Assembly: GCA_965208105.1 (NCBI GenBank)
Contig: OZ242318.1
Coordinates: 320,001-384,000 of the forward strand
From: Candidatus Latescibacterota bacterium
GTDB taxonomy: Bacteria; Latescibacterota; UBA2968; UBA8231
Length of the DNA stretch: 64,000 nt
Direction of reading: 5' to 3'
Part shown: positions 47,110-57,561 of the stretch, piece after piece
Position numbering within the stretch: position 1 is the stretch's first letter
Layout of the letters: the number at the start of each line of letters is the position of its first letter
Position numbers and translations under genes: made by a program
The notes under the pieces: generated by a model
Database searches by the model: none
What the model was told of the DNA's origin: nothing
What the model saw: the letters and a program-made list of their open reading frames with translations, nothing else

Positions 47110-48537
47110 TTAAAGCAGGCTGCCCTTTTGGATCTTGCCCGCATCGGGGTAACTCCGGACCAGTTGGTTTACCGAACCCGCAAAGGAATCGACCTGGTAC
47201 GCGGCCAGGCCGACGAAGCCCTGGCTATCCTTGAAGATAGCCTCGATCTTCTCCCGTGATAGCGGAATGCGATCGTCGGCACCCAGGCGTTGAGCCAGGT
47301 TGTTGCGAGCCAGTCCTTTTTCCCGCATGTCCAACGCTGCGGCAACGGAGTGTTGCTCGATGGCGGCGTGAGCTTGCTCCCGGCCGGCACCGCGTTTTAC
47401 CGCCTCCATCAACAGGGTAGTAGTGGCCAGGAAAGGCATGTAACGCTCCAGGTCTTTCTGAATGAGGGTCTCGTAGGCACCCATCTCGTCGAGTACGTGG
47501 AGCATGGTTTCGGTCATGCCGTCAAAGGCGAAGAAGCTGTCGGGAAGGGCGACTCTGCGCACTACCGAGCAGGAGACATCGCCTTCGAACCACTGGTCGC
47601 CGCAGAGACTTCCAAGCATGTGGACATACCCGCCAAGAATAACCTGAAGACCATTGATGCGTTCGGTGCTCCGGGTATTCATCTTGTGGGGCATGGAAGA
47701 CGAGCCCACTTGGCCCTTTGTGAAGCCCTCGGTTATGAATTCGTTTCCCGCCATCAGCCGCAGCGTGCGGGCAAGGTCGGCGATGCCCGCCCCGAGCTGA
47801 TAGAGGCAGCCGATAACTTCATAGTCCAGACTTCGGGGATAGATCTGCCCGACCGCGTTAAGCTGATTGTTGAAGCCGAGAAAATGGCAGACCCTCTCCT
47901 GCAGTTGCTTCAACTTGCCCTGGTCTCCGCCCAGAAGGGTGAGTTGATCCAGGGAGGTGCCGACAGCTCCCACCAGGCCGCGCAATGGATAGGCAGCCAC
48001 CAGGTCTTCGAAACGGCGGAAGGCCTGCAACATCTCCTCACCGTACATGGCCAGGCGCTTGCCAAGGGTGGTGGGCTGGGCCGCCGCGTAGTGGGTGCGG
48101 CCAACCATGGCCAGGTCTCTCCATTGGAGGGCGCGCCGACTCAATGATGAGAGCAGGGCTACGTACTTTAGTTGCAGATGTTGCAGCGACCGGAGGATCT
48201 GAAACTGCTCGACGTTGTCCGTCAAATCGCGGCTGGTCATGCCCTTGTGGATGTGCTCGCAGCCTGCCAGGGAACAAAATTCCTCGATGCGTGCCTTGAC
48301 ATCGTGGCGCAGGACGGACTCGCGGCGGCGAATGGATTCGAGGTCCACCTGGTCGGCGACTCCCTCGTAGGCTTGGATGGATTCCTGGGGGATATCCATC
48401 CCGAGCTTCTTCTGGGCCTTCATCACCGCAATCCAGAACTCGCGTTCCAGGAGGATGCGTCCGCGCTCCGACCAGATGTCCCGAATGCAGGGACTGGCAT
48501 AGCGGCTGGCGAGGATGTTGGGAATTTCCATGGACAT
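47110..48537 (-). CDS. purB: Adenylosuccinate lyase
   Basis: RYAS, RHDV, H.GMTS.D, GRTH..AQPTTLGKR, GSSSMPHKMN. Confidence 0.95.
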   Translation of the reverse strand: MSMEIPNILASRYASPCIRDIWSERGRILLEREFWIAVMKAQKKLGMDIPQESIQAYEGVADQVDLESIRRRESVLRHDVKARIEEFCSLAGCEHIHKGMTSRDLTDNVEQFQILRSLQHLQLKYVALLSSLSRRALQWRDLAMVGRTHYAAAQPTTLGKRLAMYGEEMLQAFRRFEDLVAAYPLRGLVGAVGTSLDQLTLLGGDQGKLKQLQERVCHFLGFNNQLNAVGQIYPRSLDYEVIGCLYQLGAGIADLARTLRLMAGNEFITEGFTKGQVGSSSMPHKMNTRSTERINGLQVILGGYVHMLGSLCGDQWFEGDVSCSVVRRVALPDSFFAFDGMTETMLHVLDEMGAYETLIQKDLERYMPFLATTTLLMEAVKRGAGREQAHAAIEQHSVAAALDMREKGLARNNLAQRLGADDRIPLSREKIEAIFKDSQGFVGLAAYQVDSFAGSVNQLVRSYPDAGKIQKGSLL

Positions 48538-48652
48538 GGCCGTGCTCAACGATGAGTGGCACGAGAAATTGAGTTAAACATTGGCCAGCACTCTCGAACA
48601 CCCGGCAAACCCGAGTTCATCGCCTGGATGCAAAGGCGTCCAGGTGGGATGC

Positions 48653-49612
48653 TCAGTTGACGATATTGGTAGGATTTCCCTCAAGGTAGGCTCTGACATT
48701 GTCTATGGATGTTTGCAGGAGCCTTCTTCTGGCTGCGAGGGTCGCCCAGGCGATGTGGGGAGTAATAATCAGGTTCCTGGCTTTGAGCAGTGGGTTATTG
48801 GCCCGAATGGGCTCTGCAGAGACCACGTCGACCGCAGCGCCTGCGATTTTTCCCCCGTTGAGGGCGGCGGCCAGATCCTTTTCGTTGACGAGGCCTCCGC
48901 GGGCGGCGTTGATGAGGATGGCTGTCGGCTTCATCTGGTTCAGGAGAGCCTCATTGACGAAACCAAGGTTGTCCGGTGTTTGAGGGCAGTGGAGGGAAAC
49001 TACATCCGCCTCGGCGAAGACCTCCTCGATATCCATCCAGGAAAACGGTCGATAGGAAGGCAGTTCTCCATGAAAGATATCCTGGGCAAGTACTTCCATT
49101 CCGAAGGCATGGGAGAGTTCGCCAACCCGGCGGCCGATTCTTCCAAATCCGATGATCCCCATTTTCTTCCCGGCCAATTCAACCAAAGGGGTCTCCCAGA
49201 AAGAAAATTCTCTGGCCCTGGTCCATTTTCCATTTTTTACCGCGAGATCGTGTTGGCCGACGTGGTGGCAAAACTCAAGCAGGAGCGCAAGGACAAACTG
49301 GGCAACCGAGTCGGTACCGTAGACCGGAACATTTGAGACCGGAATGTTGCGCCGGCGAGCGGTTCGCACGTCTACGTTGTCATAGCCCGTGGCGGTAACC
49401 CCGATGTAGATCAGCTTGGGAAGTTGCTCAAGGGTGTCGCCCATCAGGGGTATCTTGTTGGTCAAAATGATTTCGGCGTCCTTCGACCTTTCCACGACCT
49501 GGTCCTCGTTGGTTCGGTCGTAGACAGCGAGGTCTCCCAGATCTTCCAATTCATCCCAGGGATTGTCTCCACCGGGGTTCAGGGTGTATCCGTCGATCAC
49601 TACGATCTTCAT
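48653..49612 (-). CDS. D-2-hydroxyacid dehydrogenase (glycerate dehydrogenase/HprA-like)
   Basis: DGYTLNPG, ATGYD, GFGRIG, LHCP, INAARG, TPHIAW. Confidence 0.93.
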   Translation of the reverse strand: MKIVVIDGYTLNPGGDNPWDELEDLGDLAVYDRTNEDQVVERSKDAEIILTNKIPLMGDTLEQLPKLIYIGVTATGYDNVDVRTARRRNIPVSNVPVYGTDSVAQFVLALLLEFCHHVGQHDLAVKNGKWTRAREFSFWETPLVELAGKKMGIIGFGRIGRRVGELSHAFGMEVLAQDIFHGELPSYRPFSWMDIEEVFAEADVVSLHCPQTPDNLGFVNEALLNQMKPTAILINAARGGLVNEKDLAAALNGGKIAGAAVDVVSAEPIRANNPLLKARNLIITPHIAWATLAARRRLLQTSIDNVRAYLEGNPTNIVN

Positions 49613-49705
49613 GTGAATCTCCCGATTAATTCAGATGTTTGGAGGCAATATACATAAACCCACCTGGTAGGAAAAGTCTGTCCTGCGGGAGCCGAGGCGG
49701 ACCCC

Positions 49706-51106
49706 TTAAATGAGACCGACCAAGTGCCAGTAGAGGATATTGAGGGGGGTGAGCAGGAGGAGGGAGAGAATGGAGATCCAGAACATGGTGAGAATCATTT
49801 TGGCCATGGGAACGAGGCGATAGGAATTGGCAAGCATGAAAGGGGCGGCTTGATAGGGGAAGAAGACCAAGGTAGTGGCGGTGGCTACACTCATGGCGGT
49901 CGGCAGGTTTTCCATCTCGTAGGTCTGCCCTAATTCGAGCATGGTTGGCGTGATCATTCCTGCGATGGCCGCCGTATCCATGAGGAAGTCGAGAGGCAGG
50001 ACCATCCAGGTGACCGAAAGGTACTTGCCCATCCAGCCCAATTGGCCCAAGTCGGCAAGGGAAGTAGCAAAGCCAATGAAGTGCTCTTTGAAACCTGATC
50101 CCTCCAGAGCAGAACCGAGGGACAGCAGCGCGGCTACATAGAAAAAGAATGGGAAGTTGACCTTGCGAATGTGGGAAAAGTCCAGTGGGCCCCATCCCGG
50201 CAAGGTGATGAGCAGGGCCAACCCCAGAGCAACGTAGGTCGGTGCGACCCGATGCACCGCATCCGTAGACCAGAGCAGGATTCCAAGGAGGAGAATCCCG
50301 AGGATCCGTCGTTGCCGCCGATTCATGGGCTCTTCGCCCTCGGCAACTTCCGGGAGGGAATGGAGGTCGATCCGGAGCTTTCGCCCGAATAGGACCCAGA
50401 TTACCGCCAGGGAAAGGAGGGTACGTCCCAGGCCGATGCAGGGAAACATCCACCTCAACCATTCGGTCCAATATACCGCTTGCCCGCTTGCTTGCTCCAG
50501 TTGGCCGGCGACTACAAGATTGGGCACCGACCCGGTAAGGATGCCGGAGCCTCCGTAGTAGGTGCTGCACAGCAGGGAGAGAAGAACCGCAGCATTGAAG
50601 TTGGGATCGTGGCGGCCACCCAGGCGGTCCACCAAGGCTACCCCGAGGGGCAGCAGGATCAGGACTCGCACCATTCCCGAGGGAATCAGCAGGGCGGTGA
50701 GAAGGCCGATCAGGTGGAGGTTGAGGAGCAGGTACAGCGGCCGGCGGCAGAGGTGGGTCTGACAGAAGGCGGCCAGGCGTTTGTCAGCACCCGTCTCGCT
50801 AGCGCCCAGGCTGAGGACCATGCCGGCGAAGAGCAACCAGATTGTCGTGGCGGCAAAAGGGGAAAAGCTTTCTTGAAATGAAAGAAGGCCAAGGGCTGGC
50901 AAGAGCAGAAGGACTACCAGGGAGCTGTACTCCAGAGGCAGCGGCTCGGCCGTCCACAGGAAGATGGCCAGGAGGACGAGGCCAAGTGCGCGCTGGGCCT
51001 GAGGTGGCAGGATGTCGAGTGGGGCGGTCAGGCCCAGCGCGAAGCAGGAAAGGGCTAGGAGAGTACCAATGACCTTTTTTCGCGACAAACCAAGAGGGAC
51101 CCTCAT
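49706..51106 (-). CDS. DASS/SLC13 family anion permease
   Basis: IPSGM.R, TGSVPN hairpin motif, FFPYQAAP; about 12 TM helices. Confidence 0.82.
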   Translation of the reverse strand: MRVPLGLSRKKVIGTLLALSCFALGLTAPLDILPPQAQRALGLVLLAIFLWTAEPLPLEYSSLVVLLLLPALGLLSFQESFSPFAATTIWLLFAGMVLSLGASETGADKRLAAFCQTHLCRRPLYLLLNLHLIGLLTALLIPSGMVRVLILLPLGVALVDRLGGRHDPNFNAAVLLSLLCSTYYGGSGILTGSVPNLVVAGQLEQASGQAVYWTEWLRWMFPCIGLGRTLLSLAVIWVLFGRKLRIDLHSLPEVAEGEEPMNRRQRRILGILLLGILLWSTDAVHRVAPTYVALGLALLITLPGWGPLDFSHIRKVNFPFFFYVAALLSLGSALEGSGFKEHFIGFATSLADLGQLGWMGKYLSVTWMVLPLDFLMDTAAIAGMITPTMLELGQTYEMENLPTAMSVATATTLVFFPYQAAPFMLANSYRLVPMAKMILTMFWISILSLLLLTPLNILYWHLVGLI

Positions 51107-52356
51107 GAATCGACCATGAACAGGCTCAGAGCAGGCACGTAGGTGATAACCAGGAGGGCCAGGAGGAGGATGAAAAGGAAGGGAAGGGAAGCCGTGTACA
51201 ATCTCAATATAGGCTTTTCAAAGCGAATGCTGGCAATGAACAGGTTCAACCCAACTGGTGGGGTGGAGTAACCGATCTCCAGATTGGTCAGGAAGATCAT
51301 TCCCAGGTGAATGGGGTGGACGTCGTAGGACTTGGCAATGGGCAGGATAAGTGGAACCACCACGATGAGTGCCGAGAACATGTCTACCATGCAGCCCACC
51401 GCCAGCAGAAAGACATTGAGCAGTATCAGGAATACAATTCGGCTGCTGATATATTGCTCGATCAGACCAAGAAGGCGGTTGGGGATTTCCGCGTCGATCA
51501 GGTAGCTGGTATATCCCATGGCCGCGGCGAGAATGATCAGAATGCTGCCCACGAGGACCATGCAGTCGCGGATGATGCGCGGAAGCTGCTTCAGGCTGAT
51601 CTCGCGGTGCACGACCATCTCCACCACCAGGACGTAGAGGGCGCTCAGGGCTGCGGCTTCGCTGACTGCAATGATACCGCTGTAGATTCCGCTGATGACG
51701 ACTACCGGGAGAAGGAGCTCCCATATACTCTCGCGCAGCACGCTTACCACTTCCGTGGATGTCGTGCGCACGGGAATGAGTTTGCGCTTGCGGCCAATGA
51801 AATAGCTGTAGATGGAAAGGGCGGCGACCAGGACCAGTCCCGGAACGATGCCGGCGACGAAAAGCTGATCCACCGCAGTTTCGGAGACGATCCCGTACAT
51901 GATGAGAGGCAGACTGGGCGGAAAAAGCAGGCCCAAACTGCCCGAGGTGGTGAGCAGGCCCAGGGAGAAGTTCCCGGGATATCGGTTTTTCAAGAGCGCC
52001 GGGTAGAAGAGGGCCCCCAGGGTGATAATTGTCATACCCGATGCGCCTGTAAACGCGGTAAAGAGTGCACAGATCAGGATGGCCATGATGGCCAGACCGC
52101 CGGGCAGCCATCCCAGGAGCACCTGGGCAAACCGAACCAGCCTTGTTGCCGCCTTGCTCTCGGCGAGGATGAATCCCGTAAATGCGAAAAGTGGAATGGC
52201 CGACAATGTGGGCGTCTCGGCGATCCGGTACATTTCGATGAAGACGACGGTCAGGTCTACTTCGACCAGGTAGTAGTTCAACAGGGCGAGGGCCGAGATG
52301 ATTATGAATAGCGGCGTTCCTGCGAGGGCGAGAAATCCGGTCAGCACGCTGCTCAT
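51103..52356 (-). CDS. dctM: TRAP transporter large permease
   Basis: AIPLF, PGGLA, FTGASG, LFPPS, TPPVGLNLF. Confidence 0.95.
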   Translation of the reverse strand: MSSVLTGFLALAGTPLFIIISALALLNYYLVEVDLTVVFIEMYRIAETPTLSAIPLFAFTGFILAESKAATRLVRFAQVLLGWLPGGLAIMAILICALFTAFTGASGMTIITLGALFYPALLKNRYPGNFSLGLLTTSGSLGLLFPPSLPLIMYGIVSETAVDQLFVAGIVPGLVLVAALSIYSYFIGRKRKLIPVRTTSTEVVSVLRESIWELLLPVVVISGIYSGIIAVSEAAALSALYVLVVEMVVHREISLKQLPRIIRDCMVLVGSILIILAAAMGYTSYLIDAEIPNRLLGLIEQYISSRIVFLILLNVFLLAVGCMVDMFSALIVVVPLILPIAKSYDVHPIHLGMIFLTNLEIGYSTPPVGLNLFIASIRFEKPILRLYTASLPFLFILLLALLVITYVPALSLFMVDS

Positions 52357-52853
52357 GAGGACCCTCTATTCAGGACTGACTGGAGCCTGAGACCACACTG
52401 AAACAGGAAACGCAGCGCCATGATCCCGAAGCTCAGGGGGAAGATCAGCTGTAGTTGCCAGGTTTGAAGGTTGAGAAAGGCCGTGGTTCCCCCTGCCATT
52501 TCATCGCCTATGAAGCGCACTGAAATCCAGGTCAGAAGCAGGCATACCAGGGCCGATAAGAAGGACGTCGAGGCGTGGACCCAGTCCCGCCAGGGAGGGG
52601 ACAGGAGCCGGAAAAGGGCATCGATTCTTATATGCTTGTCCTGGCGCGTGGCAATCATCGCGCCGAACAGGCCGCACCACAGGACAAGGTGGCGGACCAG
52701 GGGATCTGACCACACAAAGGTGATGGAAAAAAGGTTGCGAAGAATGATCTGGGCGAAGGCGGTTCCTATGAGCGTGCCCATGAGAAGGACCAATGCGGCT
52801 TCCTCGAGGCACTGGATCAAGCGAAGGATGGTTGAGGGCCGTCCGATACTCAT
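52353..52853 (-). CDS. dctQ: TRAP transporter small permease
   Basis: QIILR, W..., HIRID; 4 TM helices. Confidence 0.9.
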   Translation of the reverse strand: MSIGRPSTILRLIQCLEEAALVLLMGTLIGTAFAQIILRNLFSITFVWSDPLVRHLVLWCGLFGAMIATRQDKHIRIDALFRLLSPPWRDWVHASTSFLSALVCLLLTWISVRFIGDEMAGGTTAFLNLQTWQLQLIFPLSFGIMALRFLFQCGLRLQSVLNRGSS

Positions 52854-53974
52854 TCTCTTGCCGCCCTTTGGCGGCGAAAGTCTCTCAGGTGGGTATTGAC
52901 CATTTCAAATGATTGCTTTGAGAAGGCTTTTCCCACCAACTCGGGTATGGAGTCGCGGACCAGCTGTTCGAAGGATTCGATTTCTTCTTGCATGGGGACC
53001 ACGAGCTTCAGCCCATGGGCTTCCATAACCTTGACGGCGTCTTCATTTTCCTCGCGGTTTCGCAGACTCTGCGCGCGGGTGTGGTCGGCGGCCACGCTGC
53101 GCAGAATGGCCTGGTGCTGCGGAGATAGTTTTTCAAATGCTCTTTTGCTGACCAGTAGAGTGCCAAGGGTATAGTTTATGGGCAACTCGGTCAGGTACCT
53201 TACCCGGGTAAACCACTGCAGGACAATGGCTGCTACCGGGGGAGCATAGACGACCTCAACCAGGTTGGTCTGCAGACCCAGAAGCACGTCTGGAATAGAG
53301 AGGGGAACCGAGGTGACTCCGGCCTTGGCAAAAATCACCGCGGTAATGGGCTCCTTCTCGAGGCGCCAGACCTTCAGGCCCCTGATGTCCGCGGAAGCGC
53401 GGATAGGTTCCTGGGAGAGAATGTGGACGAAGCCGATATCTGACCAACCCAGAAGGATGAAACCTCGTTCTTCGAACCCCTCCTGGTAGAAAGTGTCCAT
53501 GCGCTCGAGAACGTAGTCGATTTCCTCGTAGTCATCGAAGAGGAACGGGATTTCCATTGCCAGAATATCGGGAAACACCATACTTGCGCCCTGGCCTGCA
53601 AAACTACCGGCGTGAAGTTGGCCTATGCGCATTTTGCGCAGGATTACATGTTCGTCTCCCTGCACTCCTCCGGGGTAGATCTTGAAACCGACGGCGCCGT
53701 CTGTCTTTCGCCGCACTTCCGCATCGATGTCGCGCATTGCCTGGACCCAGCTGCTGCCTTCGGGAGCCAGGGTGGCGAGCTTGAGGAGGTGCTCGGGAAG
53801 CTTCTCCTCTGCTGCAGAGGGGGCGGCGGTTGCAAGGGCGAAGCAAACGAGAATCAGGAGCCGGCTTACAACCCGGTGAATCCAACTTTTCCTTTTCGGT
53901 GAAATGATTTCCGATGAGGACGAGCCCAATAAGGCAGCAAGGCCATTGGCCCCGAGACACTCAGAAGAAGGCAT
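52850..53974 (-). CDS. dctP: TRAP substrate-binding protein (TatP-type DctP)
   Basis: KLATLAPEGSSW, YPGGVQGDE, KMRIGQL, GLQT..V; exact start uncertain. Confidence 0.9.
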   Translation of the reverse strand: MPSSECLGANGLAALLGSSSSEIISPKRKSWIHRVVSRLLILVCFALATAAPSAAEEKLPEHLLKLATLAPEGSSWVQAMRDIDAEVRRKTDGAVGFKIYPGGVQGDEHVILRKMRIGQLHAGSFAGQGASMVFPDILAMEIPFLFDDYEEIDYVLERMDTFYQEGFEERGFILLGWSDIGFVHILSQEPIRASADIRGLKVWRLEKEPITAVIFAKAGVTSVPLSIPDVLLGLQTNLVEVVYAPPVAAIVLQWFTRVRYLTELPINYTLGTLLVSKRAFEKLSPQHQAILRSVAADHTRAQSLRNREENEDAVKVMEAHGLKLVVPMQEEIESFEQLVRDSIPELVGKAFSKQSFEMVNTHLRDFRRQRAARE

Positions 53975-54893
53975 CCACTTCCTCCAGTAGTTTGCCGGCT
54001 TCTTTCTTCGCGGCAATGTTTTGCAGGGTGAGTTCGGGGACCTGGTCGGCGGGTAGTTCCAGGACCTTGGAAAGGAGAGAGATATAGAGCCCCCGGTCGA
54101 AAATTTGCCGGGCATAGTACTTGGCCATGAGCACATATGCCATCAAAGACTGCCTTTGCCCGATTTCGATCGCTCTTTCAAAATGATGCAGCGCCTTGTC
54201 CGGCCGGCCGCCGAGGGACGGCGGAAGGGCGGAGTAATACATGCCTAGGAAGAGATGTGGACTGCCGTAGTAGAACGACTCATCCGTGCTCAAGATCCAT
54301 TCCATCAGCGCGATTACTTTGGGGAGATCGGCCAGTGCCTCCAGAGAAGATGTGTTTGTGCTCACCCAGGCTCCCCAACTGCTCGCCGCCCAGAAGACAA
54401 TGGGAAGGTCCTCCGGTTTGAGGTGTGAGCGAATCTGGATGAACTCCCCGTATGGCGCCCTGAGAAATCCCGCGATTTCTTTATCGGCGGCGAGCGCTCG
54501 CAACCCGTAATCCTTTGCCCTGCGGTAGAGCTTGCGGGCGCGCTCTGGATCGTCAGGCTCGACCAGGGCGCCGTAGGAAACATAGGCCTCCGCCGCCGAG
54601 CCGAGCAGGCGTTGATTGCCGGGGTCGCTTTGCAGCAGGCCTTCGAGGAGCAAAAGGTAGGTGGGGGCTGCCTGTGCCACGAGGTCGACGTCATCGTGCC
54701 GGGCAGTGACCGCCGCTATATCCTCAACGAGAGATCCTGCAGCAGCCGACCTGATTTTAGCTGCGCAACCCGCGCATCCGGCAAGGGTGCTCCAGAGAAG
54801 GAGACAGGCGAGGAAAAACCACTTCCAGTGATGCCTGGCGTGAAGATTATAATCCTGGGATGAACGGAAAGATGAGTGAAGATGCAACGGCAT
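53961..54893 (-). CDS. tatT: TRAP transporter TatT component (TPR-like lipoprotein)
   Basis: LAGC lipobox, D..L...A.P..L...EGL, ARKLY.RA..Y, P..LGG...KA..HFE. Confidence 0.85.
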   Translation of the reverse strand: MPLHLHSSFRSSQDYNLHARHHWKWFFLACLLLWSTLAGCAGCAAKIRSAAAGSLVEDIAAVTARHDDVDLVAQAAPTYLLLLEGLLQSDPGNQRLLGSAAEAYVSYGALVEPDDPERARKLYRRAKDYGLRALAADKEIAGFLRAPYGEFIQIRSHLKPEDLPIVFWAASSWGAWVSTNTSSLEALADLPKVIALMEWILSTDESFYYGSPHLFLGMYYSALPPSLGGRPDKALHHFERAIEIGQRQSLMAYVLMAKYYARQIFDRGLYISLLSKVLELPADQVPELTLQNIAAKKEAGKLLEEVDAFF

Positions 54894-54904
54894 ATTGCAA
54901 TAAA

Positions 54905-56074
54905 TTACTGAATATGGATTGTGGAGGTCAAGCTTGCGCCGCTTCCAACTTTGCTGGAGTCCTCGATGGTGAAATCCCCGATGCATTCCCATGGGTCCAG
55001 TTCCTTCGCGCAGGCTTTGTATACCTTCATGGCATCACCTAGATCCCCGCTTTTGAGCACGAGGATCCTTTTGAATTCATCCATATTCCGGTGGTAACGG
55101 CGGTAGGAAAGCAGTCGCGCGTTGTTCAGCTTCCATTGGAGAAATCCATCAAAATTGCCAGAGTGAAACTCACCGCGCATGGCGAGGTAGCTCTCTTTCG
55201 CCTGTTCGAAGACCAATTCCCTTTTTGTCAGGATTGAATCCCTTGGCAGCCCCGAATTATACAGGCTGTCCAGGGAAGTGATCACGCGGCCAATAAAACG
55301 GTTGAAACGCGCCTCGTCATCGCGGCGCCTGCGCACCTGCTCAACAGGCCTGGTACCGGGTCCGTAGTACTTGGCCAGGATTTCCAAGGATCCGCTTCTG
55401 CCCACAAAAGTGGCCAGGCTCTCATTGAAGTCAATGTGGTTCTCGACGTAGACGGTGGAATGGGTGAGCTCGTGCAAGATCAGATCCGCCAGCCGGTCTT
55501 GCGAATATGTAAGCATTGGGCTGAACACGGGGTCGGAGAAAAATCCCAAGGTGCTGTAGGCGGAGATGGGACTCAGGATTGCATCTAGGCCCAGCCCTTG
55601 AAGGCGGTCCCGTTCACGTTCACCATATTCCCTGGCGAAAAAGCCTTTGTAAGGGAGTTTCCCCACGAAGGGAAAGTCCCACAGGTAGGGTTCGAATCGG
55701 TCTGGAGGAGAGGCGCTCGTGTTCCAACCGACAGGTTCGCCTTCTGTGTCGTAGAAGTAGGTGTAGTTCGAAGAGGCGGCCAGGCCTACGTCGTCGCGGG
55801 CGAAGGCAAGCACCGATTTGACGAATTTGAACCTTCTGCGGAGATCAGGTTCCAGATCAGGATCTTCCAGCAATCGGTCAATGGATTGGCGGCCCAAGAG
55901 GATGCGAGTCTGGCCGTTGACCAGGTGCCAGTAATAAGGGGTTTCGCATCCGGCAAGGAGGAAAAGAAGGCCGAACCACAGCAAACGCCATCCCGGGATC
56001 CTTTCCTGCCATTGACAGGCAGCCTTTGGGATTTCCCCCGGGTAGAAACCAGTATTCCTCAGCTGGTTTCTCAC
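54905..56074 (-). CDS. Predicted zinc aminopeptidase lipoprotein (DUF2265-like)
   Basis: LAGC, W.FP.VG..PYKGFF, AYSTLG.F.DP, HELTH...NES, LNNA. Confidence 0.85.
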   Translation of the reverse strand: MRNQLRNTGFYPGEIPKAACQWQERIPGWRLLWFGLLFLLAGCETPYYWHLVNGQTRILLGRQSIDRLLEDPDLEPDLRRRFKFVKSVLAFARDDVGLAASSNYTYFYDTEGEPVGWNTSASPPDRFEPYLWDFPFVGKLPYKGFFAREYGERERDRLQGLGLDAILSPISAYSTLGFFSDPVFSPMLTYSQDRLADLILHELTHSTVYVENHIDFNESLATFVGRSGSLEILAKYYGPGTRPVEQVRRRRDDEARFNRFIGRVITSLDSLYNSGLPRDSILTKRELVFEQAKESYLAMRGEFHSGNFDGFLQWKLNNARLLSYRRYHRNMDEFKRILVLKSGDLGDAMKVYKACAKELDPWECIGDFTIEDSSKVGSGASLTSTIHIQ

Positions 56075-56781
56075 ATGTTACCCGAGGCTTGAGCCAGACC
56101 TGTGCGAGCTTCAAAGGAGGCGGGCTGGATGAGCAGGGCTGTTCTGAACCGCTCGGCGGCTGCGGCCCAATCTTTCTCTTCCATGTACAATTTCCCCAGA
56201 CTCAAATAGGCTTCAACCGCGTTGATGTCCAACTCAACTACGCGCTCAAAGGCCTGAATGGCCTTCTCCGTGGAGTCCTGGAATGCGTAGAGTTCCCCCA
56301 ATTTGGAGAAGGTGACCGGGAAGTTCGGATTGGCGAGGGCGGACCGCTCGTAGTAGTGAATGGCTTTGTCCCATTGCTCCCTGCCAAGGTAGACATCCCC
56401 GAGTTGGTTGAGAGCAAGGGGATGGGAGGGAGATATTTTCAGCGTGTGTCCGAAGGAATTTATGGCCGCTTCCTCGTCGCCGCTTTCAAGAGCTTTGAGG
56501 CCTCTCTCATAAGTTATGTTCATGGCTCTGCGCAGGTACTTGTCGCGAGCGGCCAGGTTTCCATTTAGAGCTTGGGCGCGCGCGAGCAGGGCCCAGGCGT
56601 CGGCGTTGAGGCTGTCCTGGTGGAGTGCGAGCCGGATGGAGGCGATAGCCTGGTCCAAGTCGCCGTCCTTCAGTTGTTTCTGGCCCAGCTTTAAATGGGC
56701 ATTGTGGCTGGAGGTTTCCTCAGTACAAGCAAGGAAGAACAAGGCGGTCACCAAAGGCCCTGCCCATCTCATATTTTTCAT
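56071..56781 (-). CDS. TPR-repeat lipoprotein
   Basis: FLAC lipobox; canonical TPR repeats. Confidence 0.85.
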   Translation of the reverse strand: MKNMRWAGPLVTALFFLACTEETSSHNAHLKLGQKQLKDGDLDQAIASIRLALHQDSLNADAWALLARAQALNGNLAARDKYLRRAMNITYERGLKALESGDEEAAINSFGHTLKISPSHPLALNQLGDVYLGREQWDKAIHYYERSALANPNFPVTFSKLGELYAFQDSTEKAIQAFERVVELDINAVEAYLSLGKLYMEEKDWAAAAERFRTALLIQPASFEARTGLAQASGNM

Positions 56782-56856
56782 GGGAAAATGAAGTTTGGTA
56801 AAGAATTGAGGGGAGCAGGTAGGAAAGAACCGGAAGGGTGGAAAGGTGCGATTGGA

Positions 56857-57345
56857 TCAGGAGGATTTGCCGACGATTTTCTCACCGTCATAGATGACGT
56901 TGCCTTCTTTGTCGAGCACCCTGCCGTCCCCGGTGAATTCGTATTTCATCGCCTGACCCAGGGTTAGATGCTTTTGAACCTCTCCCAGGTCCCCGTACTT
57001 CTCGATCAACTTTTCAATGGGACCTTCGAAGCGGGTGGGATTCCAGTTCGGGCGGTCTTTGTCTCGCTCCTGCCGCTCTTTAGCCGTCATTATCGGCAGT
57101 CGTTCAGCTGCCGGAGTAAATCGGCCGGCCATGGCCTGCTGGCGCCGGTACTTCTCATGCCGTTTTTCCGATTCGGTCAGCAATTCCTCCGGTACTGCAT
57201 CGAGAATTCCGGGATCTTTCTTTTTGTCCGCTTCCTTTTGGTCACTTCTGATCTCTACCTCTCGTTCTATGCGCTGCTGGCGTTCCGTTTCCAGGCTGTG
57301 GTCCGTACCCAGTTTTCGCAAAACCGATCGGGCCGCTCTTTTCAC
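56857..57345 (-). CDS. Hypothetical charged protein
   Basis: 162-aa ORF, GTG start; putative TTGCCA-N16-TATATT promoter upstream. Confidence 0.6.
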   Translation of the reverse strand: MKRAARSVLRKLGTDHSLETERQQRIEREVEIRSDQKEADKKKDPGILDAVPEELLTESEKRHEKYRRQQAMAGRFTPAAERLPIMTAKERQERDKDRPNWNPTRFEGPIEKLIEKYGDLGEVQKHLTLGQAMKYEFTGDGRVLDKEGNVIYDGEKIVGKSS

Positions 57346-57561
57346 TTTAATTCGTCTCCGCTTTGGAAGTTCGCCGAAAAAGGTAGAATAAATATACGCC
57401 TGGCATTGGATTTGGCAAATTGAAATTCAGGTGATATCTTAAGGAGAATCGGCCAAATCGGCCTTCTGCTGGCCCTTGCACATGATCGGGATGGGTCCAT
57501 CCGATCGAAGTTGCCAATCCGGCCAAATGTTGGTAAAAAATAATCATGGATGGAGGTGGCC

